This document shows positions 9,951 to 20,832 of a DNA stretch of 64,000 bases, piece after piece. Below the pieces are notes generated by a model that was given only the letters and a program-made list of their open reading frames with translations, searched no databases and was not told the DNA's origin. A program made the position numbers and the translations under genes. Position 1 is the first letter of the stretch. Every line of letters starts with the position of its first letter. The DNA lies in assembly GCA_965198175.1 (NCBI GenBank), contig OZ240245.1:1184001-1248000 (forward strand), given 5' to 3'. This DNA comes from Candidatus Poribacteria bacterium. GTDB lineage: Bacteria > Poribacteria > WGA-4E > PCPOR2b.

Positions 9951-12764
9951 TCAGTCGTCCAGCGCGATTCGATGCACCCCCCACCCTCCTGTGCCGGCGT
10001 ACAAAGTTGAGTCTGCAATCAGCAGCGAAATCATAAAGCCAATGGATGGTTTAACGAATTCCCAAGAATCTTGGTCATTCTTGATCCGAAAGATGCCTTT
10101 CTCCCCCGTTGCAAAGAGTGCGTTGCCGAATGCGTCAAGTCCTAACGGAGGCGGCTGCGGCAACCCTTCGTTTGCCGATTCCCAAGTCATACCGTGGTCC
10201 AATGACCGGAACACTCCCAACGGTGACCAAAACTCTCCTGACTCAGAAACGGTGATGTAGGTGGATTTCCCTAAAACGGCAAGGTCTTCAATCTCACGAC
10301 CGTGCCCATCACCCAGCGGGAAAGCCTCGATTTTTGACCATGTGTTGCCTTTATCGTGCGACCGCATGAATTCGCCCTTACGATAAAAATAGACGGTTTC
10401 TCCTGACAAAGCAAATCCGCGATCATTTGAATTCAGATAATCATTAGGGCCGAAACCAATATCAGGACTGATATGCGTCCAGAACTGCTCACCTTTCCGC
10501 CATCGAAAAAGCCGTTTACCGTTGCCCATCCCCGCAAGGGCGTAGAAGGTATCCCCGAAAATCGCAAGCTCCTCAACGCTGTACATCTGATAATACCCTC
10601 TGTGTGGATCGCTATCCATGCGAGCCGTGCGCATCTCGGTTTGCACTGGAATCCATGAATTCTGATTGGGTGCCAAACGGTAAATTCCAGTCGTGCGTGG
10701 ATTGTCTGTACCGAAGCTAGTATCGTTCAAACCGAGATATAGTTCGCCATCTGAGACAGTGAGCGTTCCTACAAATGTCGTGGGCAATCCCCGATGAATC
10801 GGTAGCCATCGGTTTCCACCGTCTACAGATTTGAAAACACTTTTGTGATTGAACGACGAGGCATAGAGTGCGTTCTTGAAATATACAAGACTATCTACCC
10901 CAATACCAATCAACCCATCGTTGATTCGACGCCACGATTCATGACCATCTGTCCACCGAAATACTCCAACTGATGTGCCGATACAGACCGTACGCTCTGA
11001 TAGCGCGACCATGCTCTGAGTCTGGATGTAGTAGTAATTGCCCAATCCGGATGCTTCGGTTGTGCTCCACGACCGCCCATTATCTGTGGAGCGGAGTAAC
11101 TTGGAGCCTTTGGGCATTCCGCGTGAATCGTTGAGCAGGACGTAAATTGCATCTCCGAACGCCGCGACGCCTTCAATCTTGAGAACTTGATTTTCAAATT
11201 CCGGTGTCATCGGCATCCAAGTCCCGCCTTCGTCCGTTGAGCGGCGCAAGTCGGTCTGGCTTCCAACAATCAACGTTTTCTCTTCAGCGATGAGAAATCG
11301 GAGTTTTGGAAGGATTGCGATTTTTGTCCACGACGTTTCACCCGCTTTCAGCCGAAAGACATCGTCACTTACCTTGGCGAAAAGCGTTGTTCCAACTGTC
11401 ATGAGTTTCTCGGGTGGTGCAGACGGCAAACCATCTCGAATGGGCGTCCACGATTCGCCGTAATCATCCGAGTACGCGACGCCATCTTTATCACGACCGA
11501 TGTAGATTCGCGCACCAATGGCGCCGAATGATTTCACCGCCATCTCCGCCTCACCGGCAGGATACCGCACCCACTGCCACGATTCACCACGATCGATTGA
11601 ATAAGCGAACTGCTCATAGTTACTGAGATATAGCGCACCGTTCGACTCTGTTATGGTATGCAGGCCGTCGGATGTACAGCCAATCCAATCATTCATCGGT
11701 GCCCATGAATCACCGCCATCGCTAGAATGAAAGCCCCCCGGTTCGTAAACGTTAGCGTAGAGTGTGCCATCTGACGCGCGAAAGAGCAAAGTAACGTCAC
11801 CGCCGTATGGACCGTTTGTCTGCGTCCATTCGGTGTCGTTGCGTTCTTTGTCCGTTTCCACGTTTCCCGCTGCAACGAAAGCGGTTTCATTCGGTCCGGT
11901 GCCCTTCTTGCCGTCTCGCGGGTTCAAGTGACCCGCACGATTGACGAGCGCCGGTTTCGTTTCCTGTAGATGCATCATCTGTGCGTCAATGAGTTCTACC
12001 CGATTCGCCGGTTCGGGCGCGTCAAGACTGTACGGTTGCTGAAACCGCGTCATTGACCGCTGCCCCAATCCGATGAATAGCGCGACGATAAGCGTTGCCG
12101 TCACAGCAATCCACGGGGCTATCGGTTTGCTCTGTGGTGTGGTTGTTGGGGAAATGCGGTCGATTCGATTCATCGTCTGTTGTGTGAAGGTCGGCGGCAA
12201 TTGAAATGTACCCAATGTTTTCTCCATCATCGGTATCATCTCCTCTTTCAATTGACATCGGGCGCGATAGAGCCGGTCGAGAACCGCACCGCGTGACGTA
12301 CCAATGAACTGCGCAATCTCCTCGCACGTCATCCCACCAAGATAGTGGAGCGTCAAGACCGTGCGTTGGCTTTCTGGCAGCGTTTCTAGCGCATCGCGTA
12401 CCGCTTGACGGGTTCGTTGGTCGGTGTGTTTCGCCCACGCCAGCGTATCCATGTGGTGCTTCTCGACGGTATCGAGCGGTTGCGGCACTAGTCGCTGTTT
12501 TCGATGCCACATCAAGCAGAATCGTGACGCTATTCTGTAGAGCCAACCGGGGAAATGCCGCCAATCTTTGAGCGTGTGGAGTTTTTGGTAGGCTTTGAGA
12601 AAGGTTTCTTGCGTAATGTCTTCTGCGGTGTGGAAGTTTCCGATTTTACGGTAGGCGAGGGCATGAACTGCGCCTTTGTATTTATCGACCAGAAACCCGA
12701 ACGCGGTATCATCGCCGTCCAAAGTACGTCTGATTAGTTCGGCATCGCTGTTTGCCATTTTCAT
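9951..12764 (-). CDS. ECF sigma-70 factor fused via a TM helix to a BNR/Asp-box-type beta-propeller
   Basis: Sigma region 2 (AEDITQETFLKAY...FPGWLYRIA), region 4 (LPESQRTVLTLHY...EIAQFIG), TM PWIAVTATLIVALFIGL, repeated S.DGG.SW Asp-boxes; start moved to the ATG at 12764 after GGGAG. Confidence 0.85.
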   Translation of the reverse strand: MKMANSDAELIRRTLDGDDTAFGFLVDKYKGAVHALAYRKIGNFHTAEDITQETFLKAYQKLHTLKDWRHFPGWLYRIASRFCLMWHRKQRLVPQPLDTVEKHHMDTLAWAKHTDQRTRQAVRDALETLPESQRTVLTLHYLGGMTCEEIAQFIGTSRGAVLDRLYRARCQLKEEMIPMMEKTLGTFQLPPTFTQQTMNRIDRISPTTTPQSKPIAPWIAVTATLIVALFIGLGQRSMTRFQQPYSLDAPEPANRVELIDAQMMHLQETKPALVNRAGHLNPRDGKKGTGPNETAFVAAGNVETDKERNDTEWTQTNGPYGGDVTLLFRASDGTLYANVYEPGGFHSSDGGDSWAPMNDWIGCTSDGLHTITESNGALYLSNYEQFAYSIDRGESWQWVRYPAGEAEMAVKSFGAIGARIYIGRDKDGVAYSDDYGESWTPIRDGLPSAPPEKLMTVGTTLFAKVSDDVFRLKAGETSWTKIAILPKLRFLIAEEKTLIVGSQTDLRRSTDEGGTWMPMTPEFENQVLKIEGVAAFGDAIYVLLNDSRGMPKGSKLLRSTDNGRSWSTTEASGLGNYYYIQTQSMVALSERTVCIGTSVGVFRWTDGHESWRRINDGLIGIGVDSLVYFKNALYASSFNHKSVFKSVDGGNRWLPIHRGLPTTFVGTLTVSDGELYLGLNDTSFGTDNPRTTGIYRLAPNQNSWIPVQTEMRTARMDSDPHRGYYQMYSVEELAIFGDTFYALAGMGNGKRLFRWRKGEQFWTHISPDIGFGPNDYLNSNDRGFALSGETVYFYRKGEFMRSHDKGNTWSKIEAFPLGDGHGREIEDLAVLGKSTYITVSESGEFWSPLGVFRSLDHGMTWESANEGLPQPPPLGLDAFGNALFATGEKGIFRIKNDQDSWEFVKPSIGFMISLLIADSTLYAGTGGWGVHRIALDD

Positions 12765-13053
12765 CGCTCCCGATGTTGAGTGGCTTAACGTGGCAATGAC
12801 ATCAGCGTCATTGCCTTCTATTATATTATGATGCACATTGGGGGCAAGAGATCAGATGCGGATGTAATTATTTTTGTGGAATGAGCGGTGAGAGCGAGTC
12901 GTGGGCTGTTAGATAGGTGAGAGATTGCAGGTCACCCATCGTTTGGGAAATGGCCTGAATCAGACAGATTATCAGGATTTTCGTTTCACATGACGATTGA
13001 TTCTCCGGCGACCAGAGTGTTTGAAACCGGGCTGAAGTAAAAAAATGGATTGT

Positions 13054-13764
13054 TTAATGGAGTCGAAACGCGACAGATGCTACGATGTTGTCGTAGACCG
13101 GCACCAGTTCCTCATACCGGGCGCCCGGGCACCAAAAACTGATCTGAAAAATATTAGATCCACTGCTAACATTTCTGAAGAAAACCGTCCGTTTGATTCG
13201 ACTGTCATCGACAAGTCTCATCTCAAAATAGTGACCAGGTCTGCCGTCTTTAGAAAAGTGACTTCCCTGCCGAGTTACTTCGAAACTGTCCGCAGGTAAA
13301 ATAAAGTCAAAAATTTCTATGAGGGTTTCAACGTGCTCTCTCGGTGACCTTATCTCTGAAATTGTCTGTTTTTCGATGAAAATGTAAATTAAAGGGATTT
13401 GTTTTTCAACTGCCTCTAAAATGGTACTCGCAAAATTCTGCTCGGTAGTTAGCTGCATGAGCAGAAGAGAGACGACTGAGTTGAGTTGGCCATGCTCACC
13501 AGCCGCCGCGATCCAAGCCTCTTTCCAAATCTTATCTATCTCTCGCCTTGCCACATTAGATATTTCCAAGACGGTCCAATCATTAACAGGTAGGTTGGAC
13601 ACTCTGAACACGTACTGTTGATTCTGATACGTATCTCCGTGAAGCCCGTAGGCCACGGCGGGCGGTTCCATTTTCGTTGGGAAAGGCAATTCTTCTTCGT
13701 CACCGCCGCACGCGATAAATAAGACCGATATTAGCAGACTCAGAAGGTTCAATAGCCTGTACAT
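13054..13764 (-). CDS. Hypothetical lipoprotein
   Basis: Lipobox-like LFIAC after a hydrophobic stretch; SD AGGAG upstream. Confidence 0.6.
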   Translation of the reverse strand: MYRLLNLLSLLISVLFIACGGDEEELPFPTKMEPPAVAYGLHGDTYQNQQYVFRVSNLPVNDWTVLEISNVARREIDKIWKEAWIAAAGEHGQLNSVVSLLLMQLTTEQNFASTILEAVEKQIPLIYIFIEKQTISEIRSPREHVETLIEIFDFILPADSFEVTRQGSHFSKDGRPGHYFEMRLVDDSRIKRTVFFRNVSSGSNIFQISFWCPGARYEELVPVYDNIVASVAFRLH

Positions 13765-13957
13765 TTTCGATTGCTCCTGTGTTGAGTCAAAAAGGATTTT
13801 GCGTTTAAGACCATTCTAAGCGCTTTTCAAAATTGGGTCAAGAAGAAAACTAGGGCTAGCTAAGACAAGTGCCACCCCTTTACAAAAATAGCGAGCTGTG
13901 CTATTATTGCACCATTACGGGATGGCGTTGACCACCCAGCACATGGACGGGAAAAAA

Positions 13958-14911
13958 ATGTTACACACCAACGATTCATCGCAAGCTAGCAACGAAGAAG
14001 CCTCCCCAACGACATCGCTTCATCCGATGGGGTTCACGGACATTCTGGACGTAACGTTCAGTCTCTATCGGAATCACTTCCGACTGTTTTTAGGTATCTG
14101 CGCCATCTACTTCGTTGTAGACTTAGGTAGCGCCCTCGTATCGGGTATGGTGTTATTTTTTTTAAACACCATATCGTACAAGGTCATAGACTGGATGATA
14201 CGTTTCTGTGCTATTCTTGTGTTTTATTGCGTCGCAGGTGGGCTAGTTTTCGCTAGTGCTCAGACCTTTCTGGGTCGGCATATTACAATACGCGCAGCAC
14301 TTTTGCAAGTCAAACGCCGGTTTTGGCCCTACGTCGGAAGTGGACTACTCTGGTTGTTAGTTGTCGCGGCACCGGGTATATCCATCACCGTTGGAGCATG
14401 GATGATTTCCATCATAGGTCCCGACCCCGCTGTCAGAGTCGGGGTATTGGCGATTACTGTCGTTGGTATTGCGGTCGCAATCTATCTTGGAACGCGCTGG
14501 AGTTTCTACAGTTTTGCCGCTGTAGTTGAAGAAAACTCGACAATCGGTGCGCTCAGTCGCAGCAGTGAATTGGTCGAAGGCGCTTGGTGGCGCGTCTTTG
14601 GAATCATGCTCGCGATTTTTCTGCTCAGTTTCATGATTGGATTGGTACTGATGGTTGCCTCAATATTCTTCCTTACCTTAACTGGGATTGCTAGTGGCGA
14701 AGGAAGCCTTATGGAAATGATTAAGATAATATTGGAATCAAGTAATATAGGTGACAGGTTCTATTATGTGATGCAAATCTGCATCATATCAGCAGTCACA
14801 ATATTTATCGTGCCGATTATGGTCATCGGTACCACACTGCTTTACTTCGACCAGCGTATTCGGAAAGAAGGGTTCGATATTGAGATGAGGGTCGCGAAGG
14901 ACAAAGTGTGA
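13958..14911 (+). CDS. Polytopic membrane protein of MoxR-associated cluster, paralogue 1
   Basis: PMGFTDILD..FSLYRNHFRLF start, LSRSSELVEGAWWRVFG, C-terminal LLYFDQRIRKEGFDIE; start set by alignment with paralogues. Confidence 0.75.
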   Translation: MLHTNDSSQASNEEASPTTSLHPMGFTDILDVTFSLYRNHFRLFLGICAIYFVVDLGSALVSGMVLFFLNTISYKVIDWMIRFCAILVFYCVAGGLVFASAQTFLGRHITIRAALLQVKRRFWPYVGSGLLWLLVVAAPGISITVGAWMISIIGPDPAVRVGVLAITVVGIAVAIYLGTRWSFYSFAAVVEENSTIGALSRSSELVEGAWWRVFGIMLAIFLLSFMIGLVLMVASIFFLTLTGIASGEGSLMEMIKIILESSNIGDRFYYVMQICIISAVTIFIVPIMVIGTTLLYFDQRIRKEGFDIEMRVAKDKV

Positions 14912-15010
14912 CAGTATTGAAAATTTCTGAATTGCCCCCAAAGACGCAAAATGCGATAAAATTATCGTCTACCAACCTTGTCTATACCGCATGGAAGGGA
15001 AAAATGTTAC
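14906..15010 (+). repeat. Duplicated intergenic leader (second copy ~15829-15932) with CGATA-N4-TATCG palindrome
   Basis: gtgtgacagtattg...gcaaaatgcgata(a/g)aattatcgtct...catgga(a/g)ggaaaaatgttaca appears at both junctions. Confidence 0.85.
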
Positions 15011-15834
15011 ATTCCAACGATTCACCACAAGCTAGCGACGGTGAAGTCACCACAACGACATCGCTTCAACCGATGGGATTCACGGACATTCTGGACACAA
15101 TGTTCAGTCTTTATCGGAACCATTTTCGACTGTTTTTAGGCATCTCCGCCGTTCATTTCTTTTCACATATTGCCAATTCTACTTTCGCACATTGGGCGAG
15201 TCTATTCTGTGATATGGTTGTGGAGAGTTTATGCTACGGTTGGCTTGCTTACGCTAGTGCTCAGGTGTATTTAGGAAAACACATTACTGCCCACGTTGCA
15301 TTCAGGCAGGTGAAACTCCGGTTTTGGAATTTGTTCGGAAGTAGTTTGTTCTATTGGTTAGTCGCTGTGCTAATGGGCATTACCATTATCGGTGTCCCGT
15401 TCGCCATTTACTTTTTGACGCGGTGGGGTTTCTACGTACAAGCAGTTATGGTTGAAGAGACCTCAGCGACGAACGCGATGAGGCGCAGCAGTGCATTGGT
15501 CAAAGGCGCGTGGTGGCGTGTGTTTGGCGTCATGTTCGCTTTGTTGCTGCTTTATCTCATGATTGATTTGATACTTATAACCTCCTCAACACTCATCTTC
15601 GCCTTATCAGGGATTGCTGGAGAGATCGAGCTTTTGGAGATGATTCGACAGACGATATGGGGTCCCCATGGTTACATCGAGGGGATCTTGCATCTATTGC
15701 ATGCGATCCAAACAGCAATTGATGCTCTTACGATGCCGATTACGGCAATCGGTTACACCCTACTCTACTATGACCTTCGTATTCGGAAAGAAGGGTTTGA
15801 TATTGAGATGATGCTGGCAAAGGAGGAGGTGTGA
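15004..15834 (+). CDS. Polytopic membrane protein of MoxR-associated cluster, paralogue 2
   Basis: Same N- and C-terminal motifs as paralogues 1 and 3. Confidence 0.75.
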   Translation: MLHSNDSPQASDGEVTTTTSLQPMGFTDILDTMFSLYRNHFRLFLGISAVHFFSHIANSTFAHWASLFCDMVVESLCYGWLAYASAQVYLGKHITAHVAFRQVKLRFWNLFGSSLFYWLVAVLMGITIIGVPFAIYFLTRWGFYVQAVMVEETSATNAMRRSSALVKGAWWRVFGVMFALLLLYLMIDLILITSSTLIFALSGIAGEIELLEMIRQTIWGPHGYIEGILHLLHAIQTAIDALTMPITAIGYTLLYYDLRIRKEGFDIEMMLAKEEV

Positions 15835-15854
15835 CAGTATTGGGAATTTTTGAA

Positions 15855-15889
15855 TTGACCCGAAGGCGCAAAATGCGATAGAATTATCG
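15855..15889 (+). promoter_or_regulatory. Putative sigma-70 promoter TTGACC-N18-TAGAAT overlapped by palindrome CGATAGAATTATCG
   Basis: Direct reading of the sequence; degenerate copy at ~14932-14967. Confidence 0.4.
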
Positions 15890-15925
15890 TCTGCTAACTT
15901 GTTTATACTGCATGGAGGGAAAAAA

Positions 15926-16828
15926 ATGTTACAACCCAACGCAAGCAACAGTGAAACCGCCGCAACGGCATCGCTCCAACCGATGGGATTTACGGACATC
16001 CTGGACACAATATTCAGTCTCTATCGCAACCATTTTCGACTGTTTTTAAACATCTGCGCTGTTTATTTTGTTTTCAACTTTGGGATTAGCCTGATATTCG
16101 GTCTTTTAGGATTTGTCTTTTACAGTACTAGTGGATCGAGCATGGTAGTAGCAGCAATGATGGTGATAGCAACATTGGTGCTAGGACTATTGACTACATT
16201 TGTAGCTACTCTTTTTACTATTGGTGGACTTATCTTCGCTAGCGCTCAGACCTATTTGGGCAGACACATCACGGCACGCACCGCATTCAGACAGGTCAAA
16301 CACCGGTTCTGGCCCTTCCTCGGATGCAATTTACTCTGGCTGTTAGTTGTCGGGGTGTTAACGATAACCATCGTCGGTATTCCGGTCGCAATCTACTTTG
16401 GAACGCGGTGGGTTTTCTGGAGTCTAGCCGTTCTGGTTGAAGAACACTCGACTATCAATGCGTTGAGACGCAGCAGGGAATTGGTTAAAGGCACGTGGTG
16501 GCGCGTGTTTGGTATCACCTTAGCAATTCTTCTGCTCGCGTTCATGATTCAATTGATACTTGTATTCTCTTTGTTATTCGTGTTGGGACTAACACAGCCG
16601 ATTGGTGGTGACGGAGACTTGGCAGAGATGTTTCGACGGATGTTCCTGCCCGAACTGACGACCTTGGGCGGCTTAGTCGCTTTCGTGATTCGGAACTTCA
16701 TCAGCGACGGCATCACTAGCCTGATGCTGCCGATTGGGGTAATTGGTTCTACGCTGCTCTACTTCGACCAGCGTATTCGGAAAGAGGGGTTCGACATTGA
16801 GATGCGCGTGACCAACGCGGCGGTGTGA
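15926..16828 (+). CDS. Polytopic membrane protein of MoxR-associated cluster, paralogue 3
   Basis: Same motifs; SD GGAGG upstream. Confidence 0.75.
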   Translation: MLQPNASNSETAATASLQPMGFTDILDTIFSLYRNHFRLFLNICAVYFVFNFGISLIFGLLGFVFYSTSGSSMVVAAMMVIATLVLGLLTTFVATLFTIGGLIFASAQTYLGRHITARTAFRQVKHRFWPFLGCNLLWLLVVGVLTITIVGIPVAIYFGTRWVFWSLAVLVEEHSTINALRRSRELVKGTWWRVFGITLAILLLAFMIQLILVFSLLFVLGLTQPIGGDGDLAEMFRRMFLPELTTLGGLVAFVIRNFISDGITSLMLPIGVIGSTLLYFDQRIRKEGFDIEMRVTNAAV

Positions 16829-16944
16829 CAGCGGGGAAGAGGAAAAGGCATGACTTAGTTTGAAAACCCTGCGGCGAATCGAGCGTGCTTACGCTCGGAT
16901 ATTCATCGGTGAGATCGCCTCGACTTAGAATTTGCGGGACAAGC

Positions 16945-17628
16945 ATGAAAAAAGGGATACTTATTTGCGCAATACTCCTTCTAGCAACCACCTCTCTAGT
17001 GCTCGCTGTAGGGGCAGAGGAGGAACGATTTAGAAATGAGGTGGAGGCAAATAGCGCTAAGATGGACGTTTCCTTTGAGAAGTACAAGGATATATTATCC
17101 AAGCTCGGCTCGTCCAACGCGCGCAGGAGGGTCAACGAACCAGATGACCGAAATACTAGTACGTTGCACCGCTTCGCGCCCAACACGCCCGGGAGCGTAC
17201 TGCTCTGGCTCGGAACCCTCGTGTTGATTGCTATTATCGTCTTTTTTATCCGGCAAATCCGCAAGAATCTGATTACTGAGACGCGAGATGCGGTGGATGA
17301 ATCCTCAAAAGACACTGTATTAACAGAGCAGGCGGCGCTCACTCAATCTGAAGCGGCGGCAGCATCGCATAACTTTCGAGATGCACTCCGCTTCCTCTAT
17401 TTATCGGCGGTTTTGCACCTCCAGGAAAAGGGCATACTCACCTACGACAAGAGCCTGACCAATCTCGAATATCTCCACACACTGCAGACGCACGCTGAGT
17501 TACAGGACGCCCTGCGGCCGGCGATTCAGGTTTTTGATGATGTGTGGTACGGCTACAAGCCGTGCAACGCGGATACCATCGGAAATTACCGAGAACTGTT
17601 GCAAAAGGTATATCTTACGAGCGGCTGA
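16945..17628 (+). CDS. DUF4129-domain membrane protein
   Basis: DALRFLYLSAVLHL...TNLEY...FDDVWYG motif; position in MoxR cluster. Confidence 0.8.
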   Translation: MKKGILICAILLLATTSLVLAVGAEEERFRNEVEANSAKMDVSFEKYKDILSKLGSSNARRRVNEPDDRNTSTLHRFAPNTPGSVLLWLGTLVLIAIIVFFIRQIRKNLITETRDAVDESSKDTVLTEQAALTQSEAAAASHNFRDALRFLYLSAVLHLQEKGILTYDKSLTNLEYLHTLQTHAELQDALRPAIQVFDDVWYGYKPCNADTIGNYRELLQKVYLTSG

Positions 17629-17664
17629 GTTCTCTCGTTCTCCTCAACCAGAGAGTGTCAACCG

Positions 17665-18792
17665 ATGAGAAACTCCAAAACTTGCCTCCTCAGCATCGCT
17701 CTGATTGTGCTCTCCCTCTTTGGGGCTTCGTGTAATCTGCTTTATCGGGGCAGCACGCTCTACCGAGTCATGCGAGCGTTGAAATTCCGCGTGACGAGCA
17801 TCGAAGCAGAACAGCCCGCCCGGCTAGATAGGGTGGACGTGCTATTTTTGTGGCGGCTACGTGAAGCCTTAGACGGGAAGGAGATTGAGAAGATACGCCA
17901 CTTTGTCGAAAGCGGCGGCACCCTGATTGTTGCAGGGGACCACCAAGCCCTCGATTCCTTGTTATTCGATTATGGATTAGAGATGCGGAATGCATCAAAA
18001 CCGTTGGAGACTTCCCAGCGAATCCCGATTGATCCTATCTTTCCAAACCGTACAGTCAACGAAATTTACTCCAGAACCAACTTTTCCATCCAACCGATTG
18101 AACGGGATGTGGCGCCGCTCTTCGGGCGGGGGACAGATTATTCAATTGTGACGTTTCGTGAGGGGAACGGACGAGCCTTTTTCATATCCTGTCCCTATAT
18201 TTTCAGCTATTCCGGTCTAAGAGAGGATCGGAACGCAACGTTCCTCTACAACCTGATGACGACGCTGCCCCGCCGTGCGCGTATCGGGCTAGCTGAATCC
18301 CGATACTACCCATTCCGCCAGACTCACTCCGCTGACCCACCAATCCACTTGCTGTTCAAAACGCCGGTCGGTTTGGGCGTCGTTTATATCGGGCTGATTA
18401 TTTTCCTGTTTCTGATTCTCCGCGGGAAAAGATTCGGCAAACCACTAGTGGTCGAGGAGACACACAGGCGCTTCAGTTCAGAGTATGTCCTCGCCATGAC
18501 CGCTCTTTATCAAAAAGGGAACACCCGTTCGGCGATTTTGAAGCAGATTCGCGATACATTCCGATCAGACCTCGCCGCACGGTGGAATATTAACCCGAGT
18601 CTAGATACTGCTAGCTTCGTGGATGAGATAGCTAAACGGAGACCGATTGATACAGACGAACTCCAGGATCTTCTAACAGGTCTTGAATTGCACGGGGGCA
18701 TAACCGAGGCACATCTCCTCGCACTCGCCAAACAGGTTGAAGCCTATCGTGATAAGGAAAAAATTGGACGTACACGACTAGTGCAGCGTTAG
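17665..18792 (+). CDS. DUF4350-domain membrane protein
   Basis: IRHFVESGGTLIVAG, N..LYNLM, TM followed by RGKRFGKP, EYVLAMTALYQK; cluster context. Confidence 0.75.
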   Translation: MRNSKTCLLSIALIVLSLFGASCNLLYRGSTLYRVMRALKFRVTSIEAEQPARLDRVDVLFLWRLREALDGKEIEKIRHFVESGGTLIVAGDHQALDSLLFDYGLEMRNASKPLETSQRIPIDPIFPNRTVNEIYSRTNFSIQPIERDVAPLFGRGTDYSIVTFREGNGRAFFISCPYIFSYSGLREDRNATFLYNLMTTLPRRARIGLAESRYYPFRQTHSADPPIHLLFKTPVGLGVVYIGLIIFLFLILRGKRFGKPLVVEETHRRFSSEYVLAMTALYQKGNTRSAILKQIRDTFRSDLAARWNINPSLDTASFVDEIAKRRPIDTDELQDLLTGLELHGGITEAHLLALAKQVEAYRDKEKIGRTRLVQR

Positions 18793-18942
18793 ATGGGTTC
18801 TATCTCAATGACTAGCAGTCAAGGTTGCCTAGAGCTGTTCAGGAAAACTTCCGTTTAAGCAAACTTGCTTACGGTGTACCGTCAACCGCGATATGTAGAT
18901 TTCCAAGGGCATGTGTAAATATGGACGAAAGGGGCGAAATTC

Positions 18943-19773
18943 ATGGCAACTGAATTGGGATCTCTATTTCGCTTGTCAGCTCCGACCAAGGCGGATATTG
19001 ATTCCTTTCATAATGATGGCTACATCGCCTATCCCGATGTTCTCTCTGACGATGCAAGAGAAAGCCTAATTTCGGAAATTAAGGAATACGAACCTGTGCG
19101 GCATTACCTCAATACGTTAGAGCGGAATGGGGAGGAGCCGAAATCGTATTTCATACGCCCCTGGAACGAACGTGGACTGTATAGCGACCGCCTGATTGAC
19201 GACCCCTTCATAACGTCGTTGTTACGATCAACTATCGGCGACGATTATCATTTTTGTCATTCTGCCCTGAATATCGCACCACGCGGCATTGGGGCAGTGC
19301 CGTATCATCAGGATCATCACCATTGGAGGCATGAGAATCCAATAAACCTCGCTGAACGTGATAAGTATTATGTACAGATTCTGTATTATCCCAACGGATT
19401 CACGCTCGGTGACCGCAATCTGAAAGTCATGCCTGGTAGTCACCGTGTTGCACCAACCGAATCCACAACACCGGAACGAATACTGGCGGGCGAGTTGGAT
19501 GCTGAGGCTGGACGCACGCTCAGAGAGAAACGGCTCTCCTTACCACCTGGTAGTATGGTGTATATTAACGCCCGCATTTTTCATGCAGTTGAGGCGAAAC
19601 CGTTAAATTCTCCACAACCTCACCGAATCTTCAATATTGACATCTTCAAGGAAGCGGGACCCCCACACCGTTACACCCAAGAGATTCCACCTGAATGGAT
19701 GGCGCGTGCCAACGCGATGCGCAAGAAACTGTTTACTCGCGAGGCGTACACAGAGGGTTGTTGGACTTCATAA
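18943..19773 (+). CDS. Phytanoyl-CoA dioxygenase (PhyH) family Fe/2OG dioxygenase
   Basis: FHNDGY, HQD facial motif, VMPGSH, distal FHAV. Confidence 0.85.
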   Translation: MATELGSLFRLSAPTKADIDSFHNDGYIAYPDVLSDDARESLISEIKEYEPVRHYLNTLERNGEEPKSYFIRPWNERGLYSDRLIDDPFITSLLRSTIGDDYHFCHSALNIAPRGIGAVPYHQDHHHWRHENPINLAERDKYYVQILYYPNGFTLGDRNLKVMPGSHRVAPTESTTPERILAGELDAEAGRTLREKRLSLPPGSMVYINARIFHAVEAKPLNSPQPHRIFNIDIFKEAGPPHRYTQEIPPEWMARANAMRKKLFTREAYTEGCWTS

Positions 19774-19874
19774 TGCACCGATAGGCTTGCTCTGAGAATC
19801 TGTCTTGCTAAGGGCTGTGCAGCCTGCTCTGGTAGGATAGCTGACGATCGTTTGCACAAAATGTTGAGGATAGT

Positions 19875-20645
19875 ATGACAACAACGAGTCCCAAGGCGTT
19901 TTTGATCGACTTGGATGGCACACTCTATTTCAAGAATGAACCTTACCCAAAAGCAGTTCAAACTGTAAGGTATTTGCGTCAGGAAGGCTATCAGATTCGA
20001 TTCCTTACAAATATCACAGCCAAGACCCCGAAAACGCTTCATGAACAGATGCGCGCCATGGGGTTTGACGTATATGAAAGTGATATTTTTAATGCGAGCT
20101 ACGCATGTCTCTTATATTTACGTTCACAACCCCGCGCACGCTGCTACTTTATGGTTGATGATTCCGTTAAAGAATTTTTCAAAGAGATACCAACAAATAG
20201 TGACGCTCCCGATTTTGTTGTCGTTGGCGACTATGGACACAGGTTTGACTACAACTCTTTGAATAATGCCTTTCGGTTGTTAATGGGTGATGCTGAACTC
20301 ATCGCGCTACAAAAATCACCGTATTGGGTCTCGTCAGAAGGGATACGCTTGGATTGTGGCGCATTTGTGGCGCTTCTCGAATATGCTTCAAATAAGACGG
20401 CGAAAGTGATGGGCAAACCGAGTGAGCTTTTTTTCAAGATTGTACTTGATGATCTTCAACTTCCTCCTAGAGAAGTCATTATGGTTGGCGATGATATCAC
20501 AACCGACATCTTGGGTGCAGAAAGAATGGGGCTGAGAAGCATTTTAGTTAGGACTGGGAAGTTCAAACCCGATCAGTTGGAGAACCCAGTGGCGAAGCCG
20601 ACATGGGTTGTTGATAGTATCTCAGATCTACTCCAGATGTTTTAA
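19875..20645 (+). CDS. HAD-superfamily subfamily IIA hydrolase (LHPP/HDHD2-like)
   Basis: DLDGTLY, FLTN, GKPS, MVGDDITTDILGA, LVRTGKF. Confidence 0.9.
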   Translation: MTTTSPKAFLIDLDGTLYFKNEPYPKAVQTVRYLRQEGYQIRFLTNITAKTPKTLHEQMRAMGFDVYESDIFNASYACLLYLRSQPRARCYFMVDDSVKEFFKEIPTNSDAPDFVVVGDYGHRFDYNSLNNAFRLLMGDAELIALQKSPYWVSSEGIRLDCGAFVALLEYASNKTAKVMGKPSELFFKIVLDDLQLPPREVIMVGDDITTDILGAERMGLRSILVRTGKFKPDQLENPVAKPTWVVDSISDLLQMF

Positions 20646-20832
20646 GGACGTTATCCATATCCACCGTCGGTTGGTTGCACGCCGGACGTGCATTGAAAAG
20701 AGTGAAAATCGGTGATTTTATAATTACGGCTCTAACTCGATTGCGCAAGAAAGAAACCGGTCAAGCGGGTGGACGACGAGTGCGCTAGCGTTCCCTTTTC
20801 AAGAAAAAACTCGGTTTCAGAATAGGAGAACT

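Noticed and set aside
17626..17667. DUF4129 TGA stop is in frame with DUF4350 with no intervening stop (possible read-through fusion)
   Set aside because: These are separate families in the standard cluster, the downstream gene has its own hydrophobic N-terminus, and there is no redox motif or homology across the UGA.
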